Shown here: positions 31,123-40,549 of the stretch, one piece after another | How positions within the stretch are numbered: the first letter of the stretch is position 1 | Layout: the number at the start of each line of letters is the position of its first letter | Program-made: the position numbers and the translations under genes | The notes under the pieces: model-generated | What the model was told of the DNA's origin: nothing | The model's input: the letters and a program-made list of their open reading frames with translations, nothing else | The model's database searches: none | Virus record (IMG/VR): IMGVR_UViG_3300020416_000007 | Direction: 5' to 3' (one strand) | DNA from: an uncultured virus (IMG/VR IMGVR_UViG_3300020416_000007) | Taxonomy: Duplodnaviria > Heunggongvirae > Uroviricota > Caudoviricetes | Length of the DNA: 64,000 nucleotides

Positions 31123-32585
31123 ATCACTCTACATTAAACGTTACGTGCGATAATGGTACAGCTCAAGAACTGAATGAGTTCTTTTCTTTCTTTGTGCCTG
31201 GCTATAAGTTTATGCCTGCGTTTCGTAATAGGATGTGGGATGGTAAAATACGTTTATTCGCTTTAAACGAAAAAACTTTGCCTGTTGGTCTATATTACCA
31301 CTTAAAAGAATTTTGCGATAAAAGAGATTATGAATTAGTTTCTGAAGAAAGCAAGTATGGTAAAGCAGACGATAGAACTCATATAAGTCCAACACAGCTC
31401 AGTGATTATTTAAATACTTTAGATTTACCATTTCCTTTACGTGATTATCAATACCAATCAGTAGGCGAAGGTTTAGTACGAAAACGCGCGATTTTATTAT
31501 CTCCTACTGGTTCTGGTAAATCTTACATGATATATGCATTAGCTAGGTATTGGTTAAATTTTTTAAGTGACGGACGTGGATACCCTAAAGGTGGTAGAGT
31601 TCTTATCATCGTTCCTACTACATCATTGGTAGAACAAATGCACAGCGATTTTATAAAGTACGGTATGCCTGAAGGAGGTATGCATAGAATTTATTCTGGC
31701 AAAGATAAAGCTGTAGACTCTGCTATTGTTATATCCACATGGCAATCGATATATAAGTTGCCTAAGGTTTGGTTCGAACAATTTGGCTGTGTGTTTGGTG
31801 ATGAGGTGCATGGTTTTAAATCTAAATCATTAATGAATATAATGAATAAATGTACGGAAGCTGAATACAGGTTTGGTACTACAGGCACACTAGATGGATC
31901 ACAGACACATGAACTGGTGTTGCAAGGATTATTTGGCAAGATCTATAAAGTCACAACAACTAAGAAGTTACAAGATAATGATACGCTAGCACCGCTTTCT
32001 ATTAAGAGAGTTGTTCTTAATTATCCAGAGCAAGTTAGAAAAGACTTTGGTAAACAAACATACCAAGAAGAAATAGATTATATTGTAGCACACGAAAAAA
32101 GAAATAAATTCATAAGAAATTTATCATTAGATTTAAAAGGTAATACATTAGTCTTATATAATTATGTAGATAAACATGGTAAGCCTTTATATAATATGAT
32201 AAGAGATAAATCTGAAAACAAAAAAGTGTATTTTGTATCAGGCGAAACTAACGTATCAGATAGAGAAGCGATACGAGGAATAGTTGAAAGTATGTCGAAT
32301 GCAATTGTAGTTGCTTCACTAGGTACCTTTTCAACAGGTATAAATATTAGGAACCTACATAATATTGTATTTGCCTCACCAAGCAAATCTCAAATACGAG
32401 TATTGCAGTCAATTGGTAGAGGATTACGAAAAAGTGACGACGGGCGTGAGACAACACTTTACGATATATCTGACGATATTAGTTGGTTAAAACGAAAGAA
32501 CTTTTCTTTAATACATTCATTCGAAAGATTAAAGATATATAATAAAGAAGAATTTAATTATACAACATCGGTAATAGACTTATGA
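31095..32585 (+). CDS. uvsW: RNA-DNA/DNA helicase UvsW
   Basis: RDYQ, SPTGSGKS, DEVH, GTTGT, LQSIGRGLR. Confidence 0.95.
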   Translation: METVRVRKLNHSTLNVTCDNGTAQELNEFFSFFVPGYKFMPAFRNRMWDGKIRLFALNEKTLPVGLYYHLKEFCDKRDYELVSEESKYGKADDRTHISPTQLSDYLNTLDLPFPLRDYQYQSVGEGLVRKRAILLSPTGSGKSYMIYALARYWLNFLSDGRGYPKGGRVLIIVPTTSLVEQMHSDFIKYGMPEGGMHRIYSGKDKAVDSAIVISTWQSIYKLPKVWFEQFGCVFGDEVHGFKSKSLMNIMNKCTEAEYRFGTTGTLDGSQTHELVLQGLFGKIYKVTTTKKLQDNDTLAPLSIKRVVLNYPEQVRKDFGKQTYQEEIDYIVAHEKRNKFIRNLSLDLKGNTLVLYNYVDKHGKPLYNMIRDKSENKKVYFVSGETNVSDREAIRGIVESMSNAIVVASLGTFSTGINIRNLHNIVFASPSKSQIRVLQSIGRGLRKSDDGRETTLYDISDDISWLKRKNFSLIHSFERLKIYNKEEFNYTTSVIDL

Positions 32586-33052
32586 ATTTAAAACAGTTTA
32601 AACTAACGAATAACGACGAAATAGTTGCAGAAATATTAGAAATCGTTGAAGAAGGCGATCTTGTACTACGCAATGCGCTAAAAATATTTCATGCTGAAGA
32701 TTTCGATAATGGCGTTAGATATTATTCGTTTAAACCATGGATGTCATTTCAGGATAATGTAAGTGAAGTAACTGTGTTAAATGTTGGTCATATCATTGGT
32801 GAAACGTCTCCTTCTGCTGCTTTATTGTTGCATTATACTGAAGCAATGAATCAAATTAAAAAGATGGAAAAGAAAAAAGAATTTAATATTGATGAGATAG
32901 TAACTGAAGTTGCAAATTTAAATAATGATGAGATGCGCGAGTATCTAAAGATGAAACTAGAAAAAATGGATAATGAGGACATGTGGGACGACTCAGAAGA
33001 AGAAACCGATAACGTTATACAATTTACACCGCCGGGTACGAAATTACATTAG
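32582..33052 (+). CDS. Conserved hypothetical protein (Sm-like fold suspected)
   Basis: KLTNNDEIVA...KPWM; usual position between uvsW and gp55 in marine T4-likes. Confidence 0.6.
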   Translation: MNLKQFKLTNNDEIVAEILEIVEEGDLVLRNALKIFHAEDFDNGVRYYSFKPWMSFQDNVSEVTVLNVGHIIGETSPSAALLLHYTEAMNQIKKMEKKKEFNIDEIVTEVANLNNDEMREYLKMKLEKMDNEDMWDDSEEETDNVIQFTPPGTKLH

Positions 33053-33083
33053 TGGTACCTCCATCCTCAGCCAGTACTCTACT

Positions 33084-33112
33084 ATTATACACCAGTATTA
33101 CATGGTTGTACA
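33084..33112 (-). promoter_or_regulatory. Antisense sigma70-like promoter
   Basis: Minus strand GGGGG-TGTACA-17nt-TATAAT. Confidence 0.55.
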
Positions 33113-33157
33113 CCCCCTAATTTAATTATTCGCGCAGCTTAACAGCAAAAATAAAAT

Positions 33158-33186
33158 TTTACATTAATGATATACTATGATATAAT
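33158..33186 (+). promoter_or_regulatory. Sigma70-like promoter before gp55
   Basis: TTTACA-17nt-TATAAT. Confidence 0.8.
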
Positions 33187-33208
33187 ATAGTTATTGAAAG
33201 GAATTGAT

Positions 33209-33802
33209 ATGGCACGTAAAAATAAAAAAAGCGCCCACTATGTTAATAACGCTGATTTTTCTAATGCCGTAGTAGCTTATGTACATACAGTCAATGACGC
33301 TAAAGACGCAGGTAAAACTCTTCCAGTAGTACCAGATTATATAGCTCAGTGTTTTCTAAGTATCGCTGAAGGTTTGTCTCACAAATCTAATTTTATTCGC
33401 TATACATATCGCGAAGAAATGGTAATGGACGCAGTTGAAAATTGTCTTAAAGCAGTTGAGAATTATGACATAGCTGCAGCTACTCGTACAGGAAAGCCTA
33501 ACGCTTTTGCATACTTTACACAGATAACATGGTATGCATTTCTTAGACGTATAGCAAAAGAAAAGAAGCAACAAGACATTAAATTAAAATATCTTACAAG
33601 ATCTGGTATTGAGAACTTTGTTGATGGCGATATGTCAGATGGAAGTTGGCAAGTAGTAGGATCCTTTGTTGATACTCTTAGAGATAGAATAGACAAGGTA
33701 CGGCATTCAGATCTAGAAGTTCAGCAGTATGCTAAAGAGGAAAAAGAAAAAAAGAAACGAGCTAAGATTGTAGATTCAGATTTACAGGAGTTTATGAAGT
33801 GA
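33209..33802 (+). CDS. gp55: Late sigma factor gp55
   Basis: HYVNNADF, IAEGLSHKSNFIRYTYREEMVMDA.ENC, NAFAYFTQI. Confidence 0.95.
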   Translation: MARKNKKSAHYVNNADFSNAVVAYVHTVNDAKDAGKTLPVVPDYIAQCFLSIAEGLSHKSNFIRYTYREEMVMDAVENCLKAVENYDIAAATRTGKPNAFAYFTQITWYAFLRRIAKEKKQQDIKLKYLTRSGIENFVDGDMSDGSWQVVGSFVDTLRDRIDKVRHSDLEVQQYAKEEKEKKKRAKIVDSDLQEFMK

Positions 33803-34860
33803 AGGTAGCAGTGTTAAACGATACTCATTGTGGTATCCGTAACTCTTCAGAAATATTTTTAAATAACGCAGCAGATTTCTATGGTAACGTCTTTTTTCCG
33901 TATTGTGAAGAACATAATATCAAGCAGATCATTCATTTGGGTGACTACTATGATCATCGTAAGTTTGTTAATTTTAAGGCTCTCAATCATAATAGAAAAG
34001 TCTTTCTAGATCCTATGCGTAAAGCTGGTATGCAAATGGATATTATTCCAGGCAACCACGATACTTATTACAAAAACACTAATGACTTAAATTCTCTAAA
34101 AGAATTATTAGGTTATTACATGAATGAAGTGCATATCATTATGGAGCCAAAGGTTATGGAATATGGTTCTCTAAAGATTGCTATGGTTCCATGGATTAAC
34201 CAAGAAAATAATTCGTCAACTATGACGTTCTTAGAAAATTGTAAAGCCGACTGGCTTGGTGCTCACTTAGAGCTTGATGGTTTCGAAATGATGCGTGGTA
34301 TTAAAAGCGTACATGGAATGGACCACAAGATATTTAATAAGTTTGAACAAGTTCTTACTGGTCATTTCCATTGTGGATCTAAACGAGATAACATCTGGTA
34401 TTTAGGATCGCAGATGGAGTTTTTCTGGTCAGATGCTCATGATCCTAAGTACTTTCATATTATCGATACTGAAACTCGTGAAGTAGAAAGAATTAAAAAT
34501 CCGTATACTTTATTTCATAAAATTGTTTACAATGACGACAAAATAGATTATAATAGTTATGATGTATCACAATTAGAAAAGAAGTTTGTAAAGATTGTGG
34601 TAGTAAATAAGAAGGATGCATTTTCATTCGATAGATTTGTAGATCGTGTACAGAGCGTGAATATTCATGAGCTGAAGATCGCAGAAAATTTTAATGAATT
34701 TATTGGTGAAAATGTAGAGGACACAGATATTGAGTTTGACGACACCACTACGATTGTTGATTCGTATATTGATGGTGTAGATACAGATTTGGATAAAGAT
34801 AAAATAAAAGTCCAAATGCGTGAACTCATGACTGAGGCACAAGCACTGGAAGTTGCATGA
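33799..34860 (+). CDS. gp47: Recombination nuclease subunit gp47 (Mre11-like)
   Basis: DTHCG, HLGD, GNHD, GHFH metallophosphoesterase motifs. Confidence 0.95.
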   Translation: MKVAVLNDTHCGIRNSSEIFLNNAADFYGNVFFPYCEEHNIKQIIHLGDYYDHRKFVNFKALNHNRKVFLDPMRKAGMQMDIIPGNHDTYYKNTNDLNSLKELLGYYMNEVHIIMEPKVMEYGSLKIAMVPWINQENNSSTMTFLENCKADWLGAHLELDGFEMMRGIKSVHGMDHKIFNKFEQVLTGHFHCGSKRDNIWYLGSQMEFFWSDAHDPKYFHIIDTETREVERIKNPYTLFHKIVYNDDKIDYNSYDVSQLEKKFVKIVVVNKKDAFSFDRFVDRVQSVNIHELKIAENFNEFIGENVEDTDIEFDDTTTIVDSYIDGVDTDLDKDKIKVQMRELMTEAQALEVA

Positions 34861-36569
34861 TACAATTTAAAATGGTTAAGTGGAAAAACTTTTTGTCCAC
34901 TGGCAATACCTTTACAGAAATAGATTTAAATAGGAATAAGACTACATTAGTTGTAGGACATAATGGTGCTGGCAAATCAACAATGCTTGACGCCATTTCA
35001 TTTGCGCTATTTGGTAAGCCACATAGAAACATTAATAAACCTCAATTGATAAACTCAATCAATAATAAAGATTGTGTAGTTGAAGTACAATTCGATGTAG
35101 GCAAAAGTAGTTTTAAAGTTATACGTGGTATTAGGCCAGGTATATTCGAAATATGGAAAAATGGCACGATGATTAATCAATCTTCGCATGCCAAGGAGTA
35201 CCAGAAGATCCTCGAACAAAACATCTTGAAACTTAATCATAAAAGTTTCCATCAAGTTGTAGTGCTTGGCTCCTCATCCTTCATTCCATTTATGCAGCTT
35301 GCAGGTGGACATCGTAGAGATGTCATCGAGGATCTTCTGGACATTAATGTATTTTCAAAAATGAATCATCTTTTAAAAGAAAAGCAAACTGTATTGCGTG
35401 ATAGTTTAAAAGATTTAAATTATAAGATTGACATACAATCTAATAAGATACAGACACAAGAAAAATACATCCGCGATATAAAAGCAGTGACGGATGATAA
35501 TAAAAAAGAATATGAACTAAAGATAGCAGAATCTCAAGAAAATATAAAAAAATTACAAGAAGATAATAATACTTTAAGTGAAGGTTTAGATGATGCTATA
35601 AAAGCTAATGAAGAAAAGCTAAAGAAACTACACGATAGACGACAGGTTTTATTACTTGACTCGCAAGATGTTCGAACTAGAATGTCTTCAGTAGCTAAAC
35701 GTGCTAAGTTTTATGAAACCAATGTTTATTGTCCGGAGTGCTCAGGCGAGATCTCAGACGATCTGCGCGCCAACCAGTTAAGTGAATGTAAGACTGAAGC
35801 TAAATCACTTAAGTCTACATCTAAATCTCTAGGTGAAGAAGGTATGGTGTTAGAGAATCAAATACAAGAGATTACGGATATAGCTAAAGAACTTAGAGTT
35901 AAATTAAATACTTTAGCTGATAACAATAAAGATATATCTTCATTACAAAAATCTATTACAGAGTACCAAAAGTTTATAGACAAAGAGGTAGCAGCAGATT
36001 TAACTGAAGCAAAGAATGATTGTGAAGGCATGAGAAAAGAAAGAGAATCATTTGTAGAGCGGAAGTTTGAAATATCTGAACAGTTTAATTATAATTCTGT
36101 AATGGGAGAAATGCTTAAAGATACTGGCATTAAGACTAAACTAATCAAACAGTATTTACCTGCTATCAATAAGCTTACTAATCAATACTTACAAGTGCTA
36201 GACTTCTTTGTCCATTTTAATTTAGATGAATCATTTCAAGAAACAATACGTTCACGCCATCGCGACGCATTTACATATGATTCATTTAGTGAAGGAGAAA
36301 AGCAACGTATTGACTTAGCGCTTCTCTTTACATGGCGTCAAATCGCTAAGATGAAAAATTCAGTAGCTACTAATTTACTTATCTTAGATGAAACGTTTGA
36401 CTCTTCGCTCGATCATGACGGTGTGGAAAATCTTCTTAAGATATTGTATACACTTGATGATGATACTAACGTGTTTGTTATATCACATAAAGGCGAAATA
36501 CTTGATGGCAAATTTGAAGCTAAGATTGAATTCAAAAAAGAAAGAAATTTTAGTAAAATGGCAGCATAG
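34857..36569 (+). CDS. gp46: Recombination ATPase gp46 (Rad50-like)
   Basis: GHNGAGKST, CPEC zinc hook, FSEGEK, LILDE. Confidence 0.96.
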   Translation: MIQFKMVKWKNFLSTGNTFTEIDLNRNKTTLVVGHNGAGKSTMLDAISFALFGKPHRNINKPQLINSINNKDCVVEVQFDVGKSSFKVIRGIRPGIFEIWKNGTMINQSSHAKEYQKILEQNILKLNHKSFHQVVVLGSSSFIPFMQLAGGHRRDVIEDLLDINVFSKMNHLLKEKQTVLRDSLKDLNYKIDIQSNKIQTQEKYIRDIKAVTDDNKKEYELKIAESQENIKKLQEDNNTLSEGLDDAIKANEEKLKKLHDRRQVLLLDSQDVRTRMSSVAKRAKFYETNVYCPECSGEISDDLRANQLSECKTEAKSLKSTSKSLGEEGMVLENQIQEITDIAKELRVKLNTLADNNKDISSLQKSITEYQKFIDKEVAADLTEAKNDCEGMRKERESFVERKFEISEQFNYNSVMGEMLKDTGIKTKLIKQYLPAINKLTNQYLQVLDFFVHFNLDESFQETIRSRHRDAFTYDSFSEGEKQRIDLALLFTWRQIAKMKNSVATNLLILDETFDSSLDHDGVENLLKILYTLDDDTNVFVISHKGEILDGKFEAKIEFKKERNFSKMAA

Positions 36570-36572
36570 TGG

Positions 36573-36601
36573 TTTACAATTGCAGTGAACTATGGTAGAA
36601 T
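36573..36601 (+). promoter_or_regulatory. Sigma70-like promoter before gp45
   Basis: TTTACA-17nt-TAGAAT. Confidence 0.8.
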
Positions 36602-36629
36602 AAATAATGTTTAATCCACGGAGTATATT

Positions 36630-37307
36630 ATGGAATTACAAGAACAAACGTTAAACGTTCTTAAAAACTTTTCGGACATCAATCCGAATATTTTAATTAA
36701 ATCAGGTAACACTATCAAAACAATTAGTGAGGCTAAAAACGTATTGGCCACTGCAATTGTAGATAATGAGTTCCCTCAACAATTTGGTATCTATGATCTT
36801 AAAGAGTTCATAAGCGTACTATCGTTGGTCGACAAACCTAATCTTAAATTTGCTGATGAGTCTGTAACTATCAGCGATCAAAGTGGTCGATCAAAAATTA
36901 GGTATTTCTTCTCTCCAGAAGAAACACTTACGTCTCCACAAAAAGATATTAATATGCCTGAATGTGAAGTACAGTTCACACTAGATGGTGATACTTTAAA
37001 TAAATTGCGTAGTGCTGCTTCAGCATTAGGTCATAACGAAGTATCAGTTACTGCAGGTGAAAATGGCTTAACGCTTTCTGTGGTAGACAATGAAAATGCG
37101 ACATCAAATACCTATTCTATAGATGTTCCGCATACCTCCATATCCTTACAGAAGTTCAATTATGTAATTAACATTGGTAATTTGAAAATCATTCCGGGTG
37201 ATTATGAGGTAAGTATCTCTTCTAAACTAATTAGCCAATTTAAGCATAAGTCTACTAACGTAAGTTACTGGATTGCTCTAGAGAAATCGTCAACAATCGG
37301 AGAATAA
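36630..37307 (+). CDS. gp45: Sliding clamp gp45
   Basis: LKNFSDINPNI, FGIYDL.EF, YWIALE. Confidence 0.94.
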   Translation: MELQEQTLNVLKNFSDINPNILIKSGNTIKTISEAKNVLATAIVDNEFPQQFGIYDLKEFISVLSLVDKPNLKFADESVTISDQSGRSKIRYFFSPEETLTSPQKDINMPECEVQFTLDGDTLNKLRSAASALGHNEVSVTAGENGLTLSVVDNENATSNTYSIDVPHTSISLQKFNYVINIGNLKIIPGDYEVSISSKLISQFKHKSTNVSYWIALEKSSTIGE

Positions 37308-37308
37308 T

Positions 37309-37515
37309 ATGACGGATAAAAAGTATGATGAGCTAATGAAGCTCGCTAATAACGTATCACGTTCTACTGTTGCAGTAGTAGACGCTGTTACACAACGTGG
37401 TGGATTTAAAGGTGAAGAACTTTCCACTATTGGTCAATTACGCGACCAAGCTATTCAAATCATTTCTATTGTTGAAAACTTGCAACAAGACGCTGCGATG
37501 GAGACTGACGAATAG
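37309..37515 (+). CDS. Hypothetical protein
   Basis: ggag SD; DAVTQRGGFKGEEL. Confidence 0.6.
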   Translation: MTDKKYDELMKLANNVSRSTVAVVDAVTQRGGFKGEELSTIGQLRDQAIQIISIVENLQQDAAMETDE

Positions 37516-37516
37516 G

Positions 37517-37545
37517 TTTACATTCTTGCTCAAATGTGATATAAT
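37517..37545 (+). promoter_or_regulatory. Sigma70-like promoter before gp44
   Basis: TTTACA-17nt-TATAAT. Confidence 0.8.
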
Positions 37546-37568
37546 ATTTTTTTGTAATGGAGTTATGA

Positions 37569-38498
37569 ATGGAACAATTTCTATGGGTCGAGAAGTATCG
37601 ACCTCAAACTATAGATGAATGTATTCTACCACAATCTTTAAAGGATACATTCAATAAAATTGTAGAAGCCAGTGAGTTACCCAATATGCTGTTCACTGGT
37701 TCTGCTGGCTTAGGCAAAACAACTGTTGCCAAAGCTCTATGCAATATGCTTGATTTAGATTATATAGTGATCAATGGTTCCGAAGAAGGTAACATTGACA
37801 CTCTCCGTGGTAAGATCAAGCAATTTGCTAGCACTGTCTCGCTTCAAGGTGGTTATAAGGTTGTGATCCTTGATGAGGCTGATTACCTGAATCCGCAGTC
37901 AACACAACCAGCTCTTCGTGGTTTCATTGAAGAGTTTGCTAACAACTGCAGATTCATACTAACATGTAATTTTAAGAATAGAATCATTGAGCCTTTACAT
38001 TCTCGTTGTGGTGTGTATGAGTTCAATGGTGGCAGCAAACAAACTCTATGTCATGAGTTTATGACGCGCTGTCAAACTATACTAGATTCAGAAAACATTT
38101 CATACGATAATAAAGCTTTGGCTGAACTCATAATGAAACATTTTCCTGATTGGCGTAGAGTTCTTAATGAGTTACAACGTTATTCTTTATCAGGTAAAAT
38201 CGACTTAGGTGTACTTGACAATATATCTGACAGTAACTATAACGATTTATTTGCGCATTTAAAAACAAAAGATTTTAAGAAGATGCGAACATGGGTTGTA
38301 AACAATATAGATATTGATGCAGCTGCAATTTTTAGATCCATATATGATCGTATGTCGGATAAAGTTTCACCGGCATCTATCCCTCAACTGGTTTTAATTC
38401 TTGCAGACTATCAATATAAAAATGCATTCGTTGCTGATCACGAGCTCAACGTTGTAGCTTGCTTAACAGAGGTAATGGCCAATGTCGAATTTACTTAA
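37569..38498 (+). CDS. gp44: Clamp loader large subunit gp44
   Basis: LWVEKYRP, GSAGLGKTT, ILDEAD, SRC motif. Confidence 0.96.
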   Translation: MEQFLWVEKYRPQTIDECILPQSLKDTFNKIVEASELPNMLFTGSAGLGKTTVAKALCNMLDLDYIVINGSEEGNIDTLRGKIKQFASTVSLQGGYKVVILDEADYLNPQSTQPALRGFIEEFANNCRFILTCNFKNRIIEPLHSRCGVYEFNGGSKQTLCHEFMTRCQTILDSENISYDNKALAELIMKHFPDWRRVLNELQRYSLSGKIDLGVLDNISDSNYNDLFAHLKTKDFKKMRTWVVNNIDIDAAAIFRSIYDRMSDKVSPASIPQLVLILADYQYKNAFVADHELNVVACLTEVMANVEFT

Positions 38499-38769
38499 AC
38501 TCTATACTCAAAATGATTGTGGATATTGTGTAAGCATGAAACGTAAACTAGATTCATGGGGTATAGAGTACGAAACAATAAACATATCAGAAGATACTAA
38601 AGGTAAGCAATTTTTAAAAGAACAAGGTCTTAAGACAGTGCCTCAATTATTTTTTAAAGATTTAAAATTAAATAACGTTGATACGAATATGTTTGATCAG
38701 CACCAATTACTACAATCATTGCGAACTGTATGGCCTGGTCAAGATAGCGGAGTGGAGGACATGTCTTGA
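38482..38769 (+). CDS. Glutaredoxin (NrdH/NrdC-like)
   Basis: YTQNDCGYC and KTVPQLF. Confidence 0.88.
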   Translation: MSNLLKLYTQNDCGYCVSMKRKLDSWGIEYETINISEDTKGKQFLKEQGLKTVPQLFFKDLKLNNVDTNMFDQHQLLQSLRTVWPGQDSGVEDMS

Positions 38770-39143
38770 ATCCATTTGAATATGTCAATGCTATTAATAT
38801 GACTAAAAAAGATATTATGGTAGATGATCTTGCGGAGAAAGCATATAATCCTTTTATGGTTAATCGTGCATTATCTTACTTTCAAGATACAGTATTGTTT
38901 GCTAATGAAATGAATGTCAATCACACAGTCGATAAGCGTTTACAATTCGATTTTTTTATAAATATGGTCAGGAAACGGAAACGCTTTTCAAAATGGCAAA
39001 AGTCTGTTTCTAATAATGACGTGGATGTTGTTAAGGAATATTATGGTTATAATAACGAAAAAGCCAGACAAGCCTTAACTCTTCTTACAGCTGAACAACT
39101 CAGCGAATTGAAACAGAAGGTTTATAAAGGTGGAAGAAAATAA
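38766..39143 (+). CDS. gp62: Clamp loader small subunit gp62
   Basis: YNPFMVNRALS, ANEMN, RKRKRFSKW, EYYGYN. Confidence 0.92.
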   Translation: MNPFEYVNAINMTKKDIMVDDLAEKAYNPFMVNRALSYFQDTVLFANEMNVNHTVDKRLQFDFFINMVRKRKRFSKWQKSVSNNDVDVVKEYYGYNNEKARQALTLLTAEQLSELKQKVYKGGRK

Positions 39144-39534
39144 TATAATAGAGTGGACACCTGCCTCTATGTTAGAGGTTACACTAAACGAGCCAGATGA
39201 CTTTTTAAAGGTTCGAGAAACGCTTACCCGTATTGGAGTAGCGTCACGTAAAGACAAGAAACTATATCAATCTTGTCATATTTTGCACAAACAAGGCAGA
39301 TACTTTATTGTGCACTTTAAGGAATTATTTTTGCTTGATGGCAAGAAGTCAAACTTAGAAGAAAATGACATTGCCAGGCGAAATACAATTGCGCAGTTAA
39401 TGAGCGATTGGGGACTTATATCAATAGATACTACAGTAGAGCCTTTGGCTCCTATGAGACAAATAAAGATCATTCCGTTTAAAGAAAAGAATGATTGGGA
39501 GCTTTGCCCTAAGTATAACATTGGTTCAAAATAA
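39130..39534 (+). CDS. regA: Translational repressor RegA
   Basis: DDFLKVRETLTRIGVA, LYQSCHILHKQGRYFIVHFKELF. Confidence 0.96.
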   Translation: MEENNIIEWTPASMLEVTLNEPDDFLKVRETLTRIGVASRKDKKLYQSCHILHKQGRYFIVHFKELFLLDGKKSNLEENDIARRNTIAQLMSDWGLISIDTTVEPLAPMRQIKIIPFKEKNDWELCPKYNIGSK

Positions 39535-39583
39535 ATTACGAGTAGCTGGTTTAAATCTCGTAAAAAATGATTATATATAGTAT

Positions 39584-39642
39584 AGAGTGCAGAATGATCT
39601 GGCTCTTTTACAATCTTGCTTGACATAAAGGAGATAACAATG
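39584..39642 (+). promoter_or_regulatory. ROSE-like RNA thermometer in hsp20 5' UTR
   Basis: AUCUUGCUU pairs with AAGGAGAU (SD) with a bulged G; preceded by hairpin agagtgcaga-atga-tctggctct. Confidence 0.65.
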
Positions 39643-40131
39643 ACAGGCTTATCAGGACTATTCCCGCGTGCATCATTTGTAGGGTTCGACCATTTATTCA
39701 ATGAACTAGAATGGACGGCTAAACATGCAAACGATCACTACCCTCCACATAACATAATTAAAACAGGCGAATCTGATTATCTAATAGAGATGGCAGTTGC
39801 AGGTTTTATGAAAGATGAATTATCAGTAGAAGTAAAAGATAGAACTTTAACTGTAACTGGTGATCATATTTCTAAGGGTAGGGAGTTTATTCACCGCGGT
39901 ATTTCTACTAAGAAGTTTAAGCGAACATTTAGGCTGTCTGAGCACGTACAAGTGCACGGAGCAGATATTCAGGATGGTATACTTGCAATCGAACTGAAGT
40001 ACGTCGTCCCTGAAGAAATGCGTCCTCGTAAAATTTCAATTGGAAAAAACGAGGCCGAAGATGACACAACACATACTGACAGTAAGCAATTACTTAACGA
40101 GTCCGATACAGGAGGCGTTCCGCCTGCTTAA
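39640..40131 (+). CDS. hsp20: Small heat shock protein Hsp20 (IbpA-like)
   Basis: VGFDHLF, YPPHNI, EMAVAGF, HRGIS...F.RTFRL, DGIL.I.L...PEEMRPRKI. Confidence 0.94.
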   Translation: MTGLSGLFPRASFVGFDHLFNELEWTAKHANDHYPPHNIIKTGESDYLIEMAVAGFMKDELSVEVKDRTLTVTGDHISKGREFIHRGISTKKFKRTFRLSEHVQVHGADIQDGILAIELKYVVPEEMRPRKISIGKNEAEDDTTHTDSKQLLNESDTGGVPPA

Positions 40132-40318
40132 AGGACTAAACTCTAGACTCCGTCAATATAGACGAGTAAAGAAAACTATAAATGAACTAAGACAGTTAAC
40201 CGATGCTGAATTGAATGATATCGGAATAGGTCGAGGTGACATACGCGCTATAGCTAATGGTGATCCAACTCATAAGCGATCATGTGAAACCAACTCTAAT
40301 TTAAATGGGTGGGTGTAA
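40061..40318 (+). CDS. DUF1127 (YjiS-like) small protein
   Basis: RR...TINELRQLTDAELNDIGIGRGDI matches the DUF1127 signature. Confidence 0.85.
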   Translation: MTQHILTVSNYLTSPIQEAFRLLKGLNSRLRQYRRVKKTINELRQLTDAELNDIGIGRGDIRAIANGDPTHKRSCETNSNLNGWV

Positions 40319-40503
40319 TGACAGTAGCTATGATGAAATGTACTATCTCTCCTTTACTTGGTTTATGGAGTTCCATAATGCAAACCGCAGAAGTAGTTGG
40401 ATATTCAAGAGCTGCAGCTCAATTAACATCACTTGGCTATCATGAAGAAGCTAAGAAGTGTATGTTAGAGATTCAGAACTTGAGACAAACTGGAGAAAAA
40501 TAA
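40318..40503 (+). CDS. Small hypothetical protein
   Basis: TAATG coupling; GYSRAAAQLTSLGYHEEAK. Confidence 0.6.
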   Translation: MTVAMMKCTISPLLGLWSSIMQTAEVVGYSRAAAQLTSLGYHEEAKKCMLEIQNLRQTGEK

Positions 40504-40511
40504 TACAGTTG

Positions 40512-40538
40512 TGGGGCGGGCAACCGCCCCATTAGTTT
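40512..40538 (+). terminator. GC-rich hairpin with GCAA tetraloop, probable terminator
   Basis: tggggcgg-gcaa-ccgcccca then ttagttt. Confidence 0.7.
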
Positions 40539-40549
40539 AGGAAGTAAAA

